Translations under genes and position numbers: made by a program
Assembly (NCBI GenBank): GCA_964551985.1
Contig: CAZKFG010000005.1
Span: forward strand, 1-51,714
Length of the DNA stretch: 51,714 bases
Source of the DNA: an uncultured Acidaminococcales bacterium
Lineage (GTDB): Bacteria > Bacillota > Negativicutes > Acidaminococcales > JAISLQ01
Reading direction: 5' to 3'
Shown here: positions 1 through 9,723 of the stretch, one piece after another
How positions within the stretch are numbered: the first letter of the stretch is position 1
How the letters are laid out: each line of letters opens with the position of its first letter
Notes under the pieces: model-generated
Seen by the model: the letters and a program-made list of their open reading frames with translations, nothing else
Databases searched by the model: none
Told to the model about the DNA's origin: nothing

Positions 1-954
1 GGCCGCGCGCCGGATGCGTCTGGTCAACTTCATGACGCAATCAAACGCCGACACACTGTCTGCCTCAAAGGCTTTAGCATATGCCGCCGAAATGGTGGAC
101 GCCACACCAGTACCGCAAGGATTGGTGTGTTTTATAATTGTCGCCGCAGGCTGATGAAACTCGCAAACAATTCTGTATGCCGATTCAATATCGACAATGT
201 TGTTAAAAGAAAGCTCTTTGCCGTGCAATTGTTTGGCGTTTGCAATACCTTCTGTTTCGCCTTCTATACGATAAAAAGCAGCGCTTTGATGAGGATTTTC
301 GCCATAACGTAAATCTTCTATTTTCTTTAAAAATATTGCTTTTTCTTGTGGGTATTCTTGATTTGGGTGCAAGATACCATCTAAATAAGCACTTATCGCC
401 GCGTCATATTCACAGGTATGACTATATGCCTTTTGCGCCAAAGAGCGCCTTATATCTAAAGAAATGTCGCCTTGTTTTTGCAAGATGTCCATAACAACAG
501 AATAATCAGACGGATTGACGATAACCGTTGTATATTTAAAATTCTTAGCCGCCGCGCGTATCATCGCAGGGCCGCCGATATCAATGTTTTCAATCGCCTC
601 ATCTTCAGTAACGCCCTCTTTAGCGATTGTTTGTTTAAACGGATACAAGTTGACAACAACAATATCAATAGGTTTTATGTTCATATCTTGCATTTGTTTA
701 ATGTGCTCAGCATTATCACGAATAGCCAAAATACCACCGTGTATATATGGATTTAAAGTTTTTACCCTACCATCCATAATCTCAGGGAAATTAGTCACAT
801 CGCTAACATAAGTTACATCAATTCCAGCGTCAGCTATAGTCTTCATTGTGCCACCGGTCGAAATAATCTCGATGCCATTATCACTTAAAAATTTAGCAAA
901 TTCTACAACCCCTGTTTTGTCAGATACGCTAATCAAAGCTCTTTTAATCTTCAT
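1..954 (-). CDS. purH: Bifunctional AICAR formyltransferase/IMP cyclohydrolase (3' part outside window)
   Basis: Absent from the ORF track. Reverse complement from the ATG at 954 reads MKIKRALISVSDKTGVVEFAKFL...ISTGGT...VKTLNP...IDIGGPAMIRAAAKN...YGENPHQ...KHTNPCG; follows purN. Confidence 0.97.
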   Translation of the reverse strand, partial: MKIKRALISVSDKTGVVEFAKFLSDNGIEIISTGGTMKTIADAGIDVTYVSDVTNFPEIMDGRVKTLNPYIHGGILAIRDNAEHIKQMQDMNIKPIDIVVVNLYPFKQTIAKEGVTEDEAIENIDIGGPAMIRAAAKNFKYTTVIVNPSDYSVVMDILQKQGDISLDIRRSLAQKAYSHTCEYDAAISAYLDGILHPNQEYPQEKAIFLKKIEDLRYGENPHQSAAFYRIEGETEGIANAKQLHGKELSFNNIVDIESAYRIVCEFHQPAATIIKHTNPCGTGVASTISAAYAKAFEADSVSAFDCVMKLTRRIRRAA

Positions 955-969
955 GTAAATACCTCTCAA

Positions 970-1578
970 TTACATTATTAACACTTGGCGTCCGGACACT
1001 TTAAGCTTTTCATCAGCCCAAAGCCCAATCGCCTCAGAATAAAGCTTGTGTTCAACAGCCAAAATGCGTTTTGATAAACTATCTTCGTCGTCATTTGGCA
1101 AAACATCAACAGCCCTTTGCATGATGATAGGCCCTGTATCCATACCTTCATCAACAAAATGCACCGTGCAGCCTGACACCCTTGCACCATATTCTATAGC
1201 TTGCAACTGTGGATGCAAACCTGGAAAGCTAGGCAGTAGTGACGGATGAATATTTATAACCTTGTGCTGCCATTGTTTTAAAAAATCAGAGCCAAGCAGC
1301 CGCATAAAACCTGCCAAAACAACAAGTTCGGCTTTAGCGCTTGATAAAATAGAACTTATTTTATCTTCAAATTCTTTTTTGCCGGAAAAATCAGACCTCA
1401 GTACAACTTCAGTTCTAATGCCGTTTTCTTTGGCACGAAAAAGTGCGTAAGCGTCAGCTTTGTCACAAATGACAACACCGATTTTAACAGGCAAAACACC
1501 TAGATTAATATTGTCAATAATCGCCTGTAAATTACTGCCCCTGCCACTTGCCAAAACAGCAATGACCTTTGTATTCAT
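970..1578 (-). CDS. purN: Phosphoribosylglycinamide formyltransferase
   Basis: IAVLASGRGSNLQAI, NIHPSLLPSFPG, GCTVHFVDEGMDTGPII motifs. Confidence 0.97.
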   Translation of the reverse strand: MNTKVIAVLASGRGSNLQAIIDNINLGVLPVKIGVVICDKADAYALFRAKENGIRTEVVLRSDFSGKKEFEDKISSILSSAKAELVVLAGFMRLLGSDFLKQWQHKVINIHPSLLPSFPGLHPQLQAIEYGARVSGCTVHFVDEGMDTGPIIMQRAVDVLPNDDEDSLSKRILAVEHKLYSEAIGLWADEKLKVSGRQVLIM

Positions 1579-2621
1579 TAAAAGTTACCGCCTTGCAAAA
1601 TTGTCTTTTGGTCACCTGGAACAATTTCGCCAATTTGGTAAACCTTCTCACCTTGCATTTGAAAATGTGCTTTAATATCAGCTACGTCTTTTTTATCCAC
1701 AACCAAAATCATACCAATCCCCATATTAAAAGTGCGATACATCTCATAAGGCTTGACATTACCCCACTCTTGCAACTTTTTAAATACCATAGGCACTTCC
1801 CACGCGTCAGTATTGACAACAGCAGAACAATCACTTGGCAAAATACGAGGAATATTATCGACAAATCCACCGCCTGTTATATGCACAAGTCCGTGCAGAT
1901 CAAATTTTGAAAATAAAGGCAGACAAGTTTTTGGATAAAGTCTTGTAGGTGTAAGCAATTCTTCACCTAAACTGCGATTAAATTCAGGTACAAAATCAGA
2001 TACTTTCATCTGACACGCTTCAAAACAAATCTTACGCACAAGCGAAAAGCCATTAGAATGAACGCCACTAGAACTCAGTCCGAGCAGCACATCACCTTTT
2101 TTAACCTTGGAGCCATCAATTATTTTTGATTTTTCTACAACGCCGACAGCAAAGCCGGCAATATCATACTCACCATCAGCGTAAAAACCTGCCATCTCTG
2201 CGGATTCGCCGCCAATCAAAGCACAGCCAGACTGTTTGCAAGCATCGGCAACACCTGAAACAATATCGGCTACCTGTTCTGGCACGAGTTTTCCAACAGC
2301 TAGATAGTCAAGAAAGAACAAAGGTTCAGCACCTTGAACTAAAATATCATTAACACACATCGCTACAGCATCTTGACCGATAGTATTGTGTTTGTCCATC
2401 ATAAAAGCAAGTTTTAATTTTGTTCCGACACCGTCAGTACCAGAGACCAAAACAGGCTCAGAATATTTACCAAGTGCAAAAAGCCCGCCAAAACCGCCAA
2501 TATCTCCTAATACTTCTTTACGATAGGTAGATTTTACCTTATCTTTCATCAAATCGACCGCACGGTTACCGGCGTCAATATCCACACCGGCATCACTATA
2601 ACTAAAAGATTTTCTCTCCAT
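1578..2621 (-). CDS. purM: AIR synthetase
   Basis: YSDAGVDI, GGFGGLF, TDGVGTK, MCVNDI, HITGGG, TFNMGIG. Confidence 0.97.
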   Translation of the reverse strand: MERKSFSYSDAGVDIDAGNRAVDLMKDKVKSTYRKEVLGDIGGFGGLFALGKYSEPVLVSGTDGVGTKLKLAFMMDKHNTIGQDAVAMCVNDILVQGAEPLFFLDYLAVGKLVPEQVADIVSGVADACKQSGCALIGGESAEMAGFYADGEYDIAGFAVGVVEKSKIIDGSKVKKGDVLLGLSSSGVHSNGFSLVRKICFEACQMKVSDFVPEFNRSLGEELLTPTRLYPKTCLPLFSKFDLHGLVHITGGGFVDNIPRILPSDCSAVVNTDAWEVPMVFKKLQEWGNVKPYEMYRTFNMGIGMILVVDKKDVADIKAHFQMQGEKVYQIGEIVPGDQKTILQGGNF

Positions 2622-4081
2622 TATTCCTCCTTGAGTTTGCAGCAGCTATCGCTTTTTGCAAAAATAACACCAGGTTCGTACACAATACAATCCGGTAAAA
2701 CAGGATATGAAGCATCAAAGCAGGCATAGCACATATCAGAAGGATTAAGGCTAATCATAGATTTTTCCAAACCCTCTTTAGAAATAAACCTAAGTGACGA
2801 AGCACCGATATACTCTCTTATCTCCTCTATACTGTGAGTTGCAGCGATAAGCTCTTTGCGTACTGCCGTGTCAATACCGTAGTAGCAAGGATGCAAGATA
2901 GGCGGAGATACAATAAGCATATGCACCTCTTTGGCACCTGCTTGAGTTAATAGATTTAAAATCTTGCCGCTTGTCGTACCACGAACAATAGAATCGTCAA
3001 TAATCGCAACAGATTTGCCTTCAACAACAGCACGTACAGGATTTAATTTCATCTTTACTGCCACATCACGCTTTTGTTGGGTCGGTTGAATAAATGTACG
3101 ACCGACGTACCTATTTTTATTTAAGCCTTCTAAAAACGGTACACCAGATTCTAAAGCAAAGCCGACTGCCGCAGGTGTGCCGGAATCTGGAACTGATATG
3201 ACAACATCTAGCTTATCAATCAAATCTTTATTTTCTCTAGCTAACTGACGACCCATCTCAACTCTTGAAAAATACACGCTTTGACCGTCAATAACGCTAT
3301 CTGTTCTAGCAAAATAGATATATTCAAAAATACAATGAGCCTTTTTAATTGTCTTTTCATCACAATAAGAAAAGCTTTTAAACTCGCCTTGTGGGCTGTC
3401 AAACACTACGACTTCACCAGGTTTCATATCGCGCACAAACCCAGCGCCTATAGCATCTAATGCACAAGATTCAGATGCTGCAACATAGCCACTTTCCAGC
3501 TTTCCGATACAAAGAGGATGAAAACCAAACTTATCTCTTACGGCAATTAATTTATCGTCAGTTAAAATAACCAGACAAAAAGCACCTTCTATCTTGTTCA
3601 TCGCTTCGATTACTTTATCTTCTATAGTCTCTTTTTTACTGCCAGCAATAAGATTGACAATAACCTCACTGTCCATAGTCGTATAAAAAAGTGCGCCATC
3701 TTTAGCAAGCGATTTGCGAAGCGAGGCGACGTTAGTTAGATTACCGTTATGAGCAAGTGCCAAATTACCGCCGGAAAATTTACCATAAAGCGGCTGCGTA
3801 TTTATCGCAACAGACGCGCCGGCTGTAGAATAACGGACATGCCCGATTGCTTTATTACCTTTTAAAAGTGGCAGCCCTGAGCCGAAAACTTCTGTCACAA
3901 GACCCATACCACGCTTAACTTCCATGTCTTTGCCATCACCAACAACAATGCCTGCACTCTCTTGCCCTCTGTGTTGCAAAGCAAAAAGCCCTAAATAACT
4001 ATCATAGGCTACCGACTCACTGTCAGCAAAAATCCCAAAAACACCACATTCTTCTTTTAATTTACCGTCATCAAATACCAC
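2621..4081 (-). CDS. purF: Amidophosphoribosyltransferase
   Basis: EECGVFG propeptide junction, LQHRGQESAG, GHVRYST, DDSIVRGTTS PRPP loop. Confidence 0.97.
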   Translation of the reverse strand: MVFDDGKLKEECGVFGIFADSESVAYDSYLGLFALQHRGQESAGIVVGDGKDMEVKRGMGLVTEVFGSGLPLLKGNKAIGHVRYSTAGASVAINTQPLYGKFSGGNLALAHNGNLTNVASLRKSLAKDGALFYTTMDSEVIVNLIAGSKKETIEDKVIEAMNKIEGAFCLVILTDDKLIAVRDKFGFHPLCIGKLESGYVAASESCALDAIGAGFVRDMKPGEVVVFDSPQGEFKSFSYCDEKTIKKAHCIFEYIYFARTDSVIDGQSVYFSRVEMGRQLARENKDLIDKLDVVISVPDSGTPAAVGFALESGVPFLEGLNKNRYVGRTFIQPTQQKRDVAVKMKLNPVRAVVEGKSVAIIDDSIVRGTTSGKILNLLTQAGAKEVHMLIVSPPILHPCYYGIDTAVRKELIAATHSIEEIREYIGASSLRFISKEGLEKSMISLNPSDMCYACFDASYPVLPDCIVYEPGVIFAKSDSCCKLKEE

Positions 4082-4110
4082 AATAAAACCTCTCTTTTAT
4101 AAAATAAAAA

Positions 4111-4602
4111 CTATTTTGAGCGAAGTGCTTCTAGTTTTTGTGCCTTTTTAGCCACTTCTTGTTTCATATCTTCACGATATTTCGCGAGCTTATCTGCCAA
4201 ATCTTTATCACAAGCGGACAAAATTTCAACAGCAAACAATGCTGCATTTTTCGAGCCATTAATCGCCATACAAGCGACAGGAATGCCAGAGGGCATTTGC
4301 ACAATGCTATAAAGTGCATCAACACCTTTTAAACTTGTAGCATCAATCGGCACCCCGATTATCGGAAGTGTAGTATAGGCTGCCACGACGCCCGGCAAAT
4401 GCGCTGCCGCACCTGCTGCTGCAATAATGACATTAACACCACGAGCTCGCGCTCCTGTTGCAAATTCATGCACAATATCAGGTGTTCTGTGAGCTGAGGC
4501 AACAACAACCTCAACTTCCACTTTAAAATCAAGCAAAGTCTGCTCGGCAACTTGCATTATGCCCCAGTCAGAATCGCTACCCATAATAATGGCAACTTTC
4601 AT
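4111..4602 (-). CDS. purE: N5-CAIR mutase / AIR carboxylase
   Basis: MGSDSD, SAHRTP, AAHLPG, SIVQMPSGIPVA. Confidence 0.97.
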   Translation of the reverse strand: MKVAIIMGSDSDWGIMQVAEQTLLDFKVEVEVVVASAHRTPDIVHEFATGARARGVNVIIAAAGAAAHLPGVVAAYTTLPIIGVPIDATSLKGVDALYSIVQMPSGIPVACMAINGSKNAALFAVEILSACDKDLADKLAKYREDMKQEVAKKAQKLEALRSK

Positions 4603-4759
4603 ATATAAAACCTCCTGTTGATAAAAATCTAATTTAAGTCTTTAACATAATAATTTTACCACAAACCCACCCAGTAGAAAACAAAAATCACAAAAATAAT
4701 CAATAAAAATTTAAGCCTTAAAAAAACACCTACAAACAAAGCAAAAAGCAGCAACCGCA

Positions 4760-4789
4760 TTGACAGAAAGCACTTTTACAAAGTACAAT
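4760..4789 (+). promoter_or_regulatory. Putative sigma-A promoter of the MORN cluster
   Basis: TTGACA (4760-4765), 18 nt spacer, TACAAT (4784-4789). Confidence 0.55.
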
Positions 4790-4852
4790 TAATGTATAAT
4801 TGATTATATTTTTTAAATTAGTAACGAAAACAAATTAATTGTGAGGTGTGGT

Positions 4853-5461
4853 ATGAAAATTTTAGTATTGCTTATGACCATTCTTATCCTCTCTGCAAAC
4901 ACAGCTTTTGCAGGCTATGTCAAAAATGAACAAGGAGTTATGCGCTGGAGCGACCATCAGGAATCGGGAACAAGCATATTTAGCTGGTCGGGCGCTGTAG
5001 TTGCTGGTTACGCCGAAGGTGATGGCACATTAAAAATTTATCTTGCCCAAAATAATGAGTTATTTGAAACTTATCAGGGTTCGCTTAAAAAAGGTAAAAT
5101 GCACGGTAAGGGTATTTATCTTTTAGTTTTATTTGGCTTTAGATATGAAGGCGATTTTGTTGATAATAAATTTCACGGCAAAGGTATGACCACCCAGCCT
5201 GAAGGGTACAAATATGTAGGCGATTACGTAAACGGACTACCGCACGGTAAAGGCATATTGATTTTACCTAACGGTACTAAATATGAAGGAGACTTTATCG
5301 AAGAAAAAAAACATGGCAAAGGTGTATTTACTTGGTCGTCTGGAAATAGATACGAAGGAGATTTTGCAAACGACAAGATACACGGCAAGGGCAAAGTTTA
5401 CGACAAAAACGGCAAAATCTTAAGACAAGGTCGCTTTGAAAACGATAAATTCATTGGCTAA
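4853..5461 (+). CDS. Secreted MORN-repeat protein 1
   Basis: Signal peptide ending AFA; YEGDFxxxKxHGKG repeats at 23-aa period; GAGGTG RBS favours ATG 4853. Confidence 0.9.
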   Translation: MKILVLLMTILILSANTAFAGYVKNEQGVMRWSDHQESGTSIFSWSGAVVAGYAEGDGTLKIYLAQNNELFETYQGSLKKGKMHGKGIYLLVLFGFRYEGDFVDNKFHGKGMTTQPEGYKYVGDYVNGLPHGKGILILPNGTKYEGDFIEEKKHGKGVFTWSSGNRYEGDFANDKIHGKGKVYDKNGKILRQGRFENDKFIG

Positions 5462-5482
5462 AATTTTTTTGAGGTGATAATT

Positions 5483-6013
5483 ATGAAAACTTTATTAATC
5501 TTACTGGCAATTTTAATTCTAAACACAAACATAACTTTTGCTCAAAGCTATTTAAAAAACGAACAAGATATTAAAGTATGGGTTTTTTCTGACCCCAAAG
5601 ACCTCTCCTTCAAATGGGATGGAAAAACAGTTGACGGCTATGCTCAAGGTAATGGCGTACTAGAAGTTTTTCAAAACAAAAAACCTACCTACACCTACAC
5701 AGGCAACTTACAACAAGGCAAAATGAATGGCTTTGGCACATTGACTTGGTCTAACGGCAACAAATATAGTGGCGATTGGCTTGACGGAAAAATACACGGC
5801 AAAGGCACATTAACTTGGGCGAATGGCAACAAATACGAGGGCGAATGGGCAAACAATACTATGCACGGCAAAGGAACTTTCACACTATTTAATGGAACAA
5901 AATATATTGGCGATTTTGTTTATGGTAAAATGCACGGCAACGGTATTATGTATGATAAAAACGGCAAAATCTTACAACAAGGACGCTTTGAAAACGGTAG
6001 ATTTGTCGGCTAA
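5483..6013 (+). CDS. Secreted MORN-repeat protein 2
   Basis: Signal peptide ending TFA; YxGxWxxGxxHGxG repeats; GAGGTG RBS before ATG 5483. Confidence 0.9.
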   Translation: MKTLLILLAILILNTNITFAQSYLKNEQDIKVWVFSDPKDLSFKWDGKTVDGYAQGNGVLEVFQNKKPTYTYTGNLQQGKMNGFGTLTWSNGNKYSGDWLDGKIHGKGTLTWANGNKYEGEWANNTMHGKGTFTLFNGTKYIGDFVYGKMHGNGIMYDKNGKILQQGRFENGRFVG

Positions 6014-6093
6014 AGAATATTTGAAATACACTAAGTTTTATAAATCTACTAATCACACCAGCTTTAATTGCAAAATAAATTATAAGGTGCAAT

Positions 6094-6801
6094 ATGAAAA
6101 AATATAATACTATATTTTGCATATGCCTACTGCTCTTTTTTATTATAACTCAAACAGGCTTTGCAGCAGGTTGGCTTAAAAATGAAGATGGATACAAAGT
6201 TTGGGACGAAACAACAGGCAGGTTTTTGAACAAATCCTATCAAGATAGCTCCAAAGACTTTACTTGGAGTGGCAAATTTATTCGTGGTATCGCCCACGGC
6301 GAGGGGATACTGCGTATTTATTATTTTAAAAAACTTCAATCTACCTATCAAGGCTCTCTTAATTACGGTAAAAAACACGGCCAAGGCATATGGACGTTCG
6401 GCAAAGGCGACAGCTATCAAGGTGATTTTAAAGACGGTAAAAAGCACGGTCAAGGCACATACATTTTCTCCAGTGGCAATAAATATACGGGCGAATTTAT
6501 TGACGATAAAATATCCGGTACTGGCGTATGGTTTTTTGCCAATGGCGATAAATACGAGGGTCATTTTCAAGACAGCAAAAGAGACGGAGTAGGAACATAT
6601 TTGTGGGCGAATGGCGACAAATATACGGGTGATTTTGTAGATAACCAACGAGAAGGTTGGGGTAGTTACTTTTTTTCTAATGGCAATAGTTATGTCGGCG
6701 CATTTAAAAATGGAAAAGGACACGGTTTTGGCACAATGTACGATAAAAGCGGCAAAATCTTACAACAAGGACGCTTTGAAAATGGGGAGTTTGTCGGTTA
6801 A
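6094..6801 (+). CDS. Secreted MORN-repeat protein 3
   Basis: Signal peptide ending GFA; about 6 MORN repeats. Confidence 0.9.
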   Translation: MKKYNTIFCICLLLFFIITQTGFAAGWLKNEDGYKVWDETTGRFLNKSYQDSSKDFTWSGKFIRGIAHGEGILRIYYFKKLQSTYQGSLNYGKKHGQGIWTFGKGDSYQGDFKDGKKHGQGTYIFSSGNKYTGEFIDDKISGTGVWFFANGDKYEGHFQDSKRDGVGTYLWANGDKYTGDFVDNQREGWGSYFFSNGNSYVGAFKNGKGHGFGTMYDKSGKILQQGRFENGEFVG

Positions 6802-6824
6802 AAATTTTAAATGAGGTGATAATT

Positions 6825-8120
6825 ATGAAAATTTTTCAATTACTATTGCTTTTAGCATTAATTCTAATTTTACCCAACACTACCTTTGCCGAAGGCTGGA
6901 TAAAAGGCAAGCAAGGCACAGTCTATAGTACCGCCAAAGAACCAGAACAGCAGACATTTGAGTGGTCAGGTAAATTTGTTGATGGCTTTGCACAAGGCAC
7001 TGGAGAACTAAAGGTTTATGTGCAAAAAAAGCTACTTTACACCTATCAAGGAACTATTGTCAAAGGAAAAATGCAAGATGTAGGAACACTTATTTGGTAT
7101 AACGAAAACAAATATCAAGGAAATTTTGTTGATGGTCATGCTAGTGGCAAAGGCACTTATACTTTTGCTAGCGGCAATAAATATATGGGCGATTTTGCAA
7201 ACGATAAATTCAACGGCACAGGCACAATGCTTTTTGCTAGTGGTAACAAATATCAAGGTCAATGGCTTGATGACAAAAAAAGCGGGACAGGCACATTTAC
7301 TTGGACAGACGGCGATAAATACGAAGGTTCTTTTGTAGCTGATAACAAATCTGGTATAGGAACTTATACCTTTGCTAACGGTGACAAATATCAAGGGCAA
7401 TGGCTTGATGACAAAAAATGCGGGACAGGTACTTATACCTACTTTAATGGTGATAAATACATTGGTCAGTGGTCAGATGATACAAAAAACGGTAAAGGCG
7501 TTTACACTCGGGCTAATGGCGACAAATATATCGGCGATTTTGCTGATGGCAAATTCAACGGCACAGGTATTATAAACTGGGCTAACGGCGATAAATATGA
7601 AGGTAGTTTTTTACAAGGTTATGCTCACGGTCAAGGTACCTTAACACTTGCTAACAAAAACAAATATCAAGGCGAATTTGCAAACGATAAATTTAACGGT
7701 AAAGGTTCCTACACTTGGGTAAACGGTGATAAATACATTGGTGATTTTACTGATGGCAATCTAAATGGTAAAGGCATTCTCACCTTCGCTAGCGGAGGTA
7801 TGTACGAAGGTGATTTTAAATCAGGATTAAAACACGGACAAGGCACGCTAACATTTGACAACGGCAGTAAATATCAAGGAAGTTTTGTCGATGGTTATGC
7901 TAGTGGTAAAGGCGTTTGCACTTGGGTAAACGGTGATAAATACATTGGTGATTTTAAAGACGGCAACTTAAACGGCAAAGGCATTATCACCTTTGCTGAT
8001 GGCACTAAATATGAAGGTAATTTTAAATCAGGACTAAAACACGGTCTTGGAACAATATATGACAAGGATGGCAAAATCTTACAACAAGGACGCTTTGAAA
8101 ATGGGGAATTTGTCGGTTAA
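6825..8120 (+). CDS. Secreted MORN-repeat protein 4 (long)
   Basis: Signal peptide ending TFA; about 15 MORN repeats (NGDKYxGxFxxxKxxGxG). Confidence 0.9.
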   Translation: MKIFQLLLLLALILILPNTTFAEGWIKGKQGTVYSTAKEPEQQTFEWSGKFVDGFAQGTGELKVYVQKKLLYTYQGTIVKGKMQDVGTLIWYNENKYQGNFVDGHASGKGTYTFASGNKYMGDFANDKFNGTGTMLFASGNKYQGQWLDDKKSGTGTFTWTDGDKYEGSFVADNKSGIGTYTFANGDKYQGQWLDDKKCGTGTYTYFNGDKYIGQWSDDTKNGKGVYTRANGDKYIGDFADGKFNGTGIINWANGDKYEGSFLQGYAHGQGTLTLANKNKYQGEFANDKFNGKGSYTWVNGDKYIGDFTDGNLNGKGILTFASGGMYEGDFKSGLKHGQGTLTFDNGSKYQGSFVDGYASGKGVCTWVNGDKYIGDFKDGNLNGKGIITFADGTKYEGNFKSGLKHGLGTIYDKDGKILQQGRFENGEFVG

Positions 8121-8155
8121 AAAGCTCAATACTATAAACTCAAAGGAGATTATAA

Positions 8156-8461
8156 ATGCAAAAATGCAAAATAGAGGTTTTAAAGACAATGTTTTTTGAA
8201 GACCTTGCCCAAGAATACGGCTGTAAAGGGATTGGCAAATGCCCGTTTCACAAGGTAGGCGATATTTTTTATGGTGATTTTGCTAAACCCGAAGGACTGT
8301 GCGACGAAGCCTGAAAAGCTATCTATCAATATGTATTTGCCATCTCACACGGCAGCGGCATATTTTATTATGGCGATTGGATAGATAAGCCTGGAGTTGT
8401 TATTTGTAGTTGCAATGACGGTATAAGACCTGTAATCTTTAAAATCTCACAAGCAGAATAA
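8156..8461 (+). pseudogene. TIGR04076-like small Cys-rich protein interrupted by an in-frame TGA
   Basis: AAAGGAG RBS, then MQKCKIEVLKT...CPFH...KPEGLCDEA*KAIYQYVFAISHG...ICSCNDGIRPVIFKISQAE; TGA at 8312-8314. Family recognised from memory. Confidence 0.8.
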
Positions 8462-8572
8462 TTTTTAATCTTTACAATATTTTCATTTTATTTTCCTTGC
8501 AAACGTATTATAATTATTACAAACGTGTAGCACATTAACTACTTTGCAAATACATCAAGGAGTGAAAATATT

Positions 8573-9601
8573 GTGAAAAAATCAGAGCTTGACTACATCA
8601 TTTGTAAAGCAGAAAATCAGCACATACCTGGCATAATTGCTTTATTTAAAAATAACTACAAAGATGGCTATTTTAATCGTGAATTCGATTCAGAATCAGA
8701 GCTAAAAAAACTTTTAAATAGCGGCTTATTTGAAGCTTTGGTCGCTGTTTTGTCTAACGGACAGGTGATAGGATTTAACGCTACATATCTGCAAAAAGTA
8801 GCTTACGCCAAAGAGTCTATAGGTATTTTGCAATCTATTTATGAAGATATGGAAAAAGGCGTGAAAAAAAGCTATACAGGTATCAACCAAGCTTATTTAG
8901 CTCATTTTCTCGTCGATGAAAACTATAGAAACTACGGTATCGGTAAACGCCTGGAAAAAGAAAGAAGTAATATCTGCAAAAATCTACCTGGTAAAACTCT
9001 CGTCTATGCTCTATCCTTAGAATCTTCAAAAGACTCTGTTTCCTTGAAAAAACAGCTAGGGTTTAACCTTTGGGGTACAAGAACCCAAACAATACCTGCT
9101 AAAGGCGATCAAGCTCGGGGCAATGTACTTATTATGGGCTGTACATATGGCTTTGATAAAGTATTAGATATAAATTCTGTAAGCAAGATGACAGAATCTG
9201 TTATAAGATCAAGTAGTCCTAGCATCAAACGTAACCATACAAATCATAAGTCCACTATTTTTGCTGGTAAAGCAGAATATGTTTTTGATCATATCTTAGA
9301 GCGGGCAATATGCAATGTAACAAGCGACCAAGCTGGTGATGACATTTTGCCAATGATAGATGCAGTCAAAAAAAGTCCTTATCCTTACAAAGCAATCTAC
9401 ATTCCCGCTCAAATTGAAGGTTTGAGCTATGTAGACACGGTACTGATAAAAAACCGCTTTTTCCCTGTCGCTTTTTTGCCTTATTTTAATGAAGGCTTAG
9501 ATATTATCGAATATCAATATCTTGATAGAGAACTAATCGAACTGGCACCACAAGCATTGTTTTGCCAGGAACTTATAAAATATGCCATAAAAAACAACTA
9601 A
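8573..9601 (+). CDS. GNAT-family N-acetyltransferase domain protein with C-terminal extension
   Basis: Motif A-like FLVDENYRNYGIGKRL; later LGF; AAGGAG RBS. Confidence 0.7.
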   Translation: MKKSELDYIICKAENQHIPGIIALFKNNYKDGYFNREFDSESELKKLLNSGLFEALVAVLSNGQVIGFNATYLQKVAYAKESIGILQSIYEDMEKGVKKSYTGINQAYLAHFLVDENYRNYGIGKRLEKERSNICKNLPGKTLVYALSLESSKDSVSLKKQLGFNLWGTRTQTIPAKGDQARGNVLIMGCTYGFDKVLDINSVSKMTESVIRSSSPSIKRNHTNHKSTIFAGKAEYVFDHILERAICNVTSDQAGDDILPMIDAVKKSPYPYKAIYIPAQIEGLSYVDTVLIKNRFFPVAFLPYFNEGLDIIEYQYLDRELIELAPQALFCQELIKYAIKNN

Positions 9602-9643
9602 ACAATCATGACCACAAGTAAAACTTGTGGTCATGATTGTTTT
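9600..9643. terminator. Intrinsic terminator hairpin, probably bidirectional
   Basis: aaacaatcatgaccacaagt-aaa-acttgtggtcatgattgttt perfect inverted repeat between convergent genes. Confidence 0.85.
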
Positions 9644-9723
9644 AATACCAAAAAACTTATTTTTTACAAAACACTTAGGTAATTTATGACATCACGATTT
9701 TTTTCGCCATTGCATGTATAACA

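Noticed and set aside
127-811. Four plus-strand ORFs in the track
   Set aside because: Antisense shadows of purH, which the track missed because it runs off the window.
6127-7400. Long minus-strand ORFs within the MORN genes
   Set aside because: Antisense artefacts of repetitive coding sequence; no RBS or recognisable motif.
4853-8120. MORN repeats as a CRISPR array or DGR target
   Set aside because: Repeats are in-frame coding units without spacers; no cas or reverse transcriptase gene; differences are not adenine-specific by eye.
8312-8314. Genome-wide TGA=Trp recoding
   Set aside because: TGA ends other genes here (e.g. rlmH, proW, znuA) and Trp is TGG throughout.
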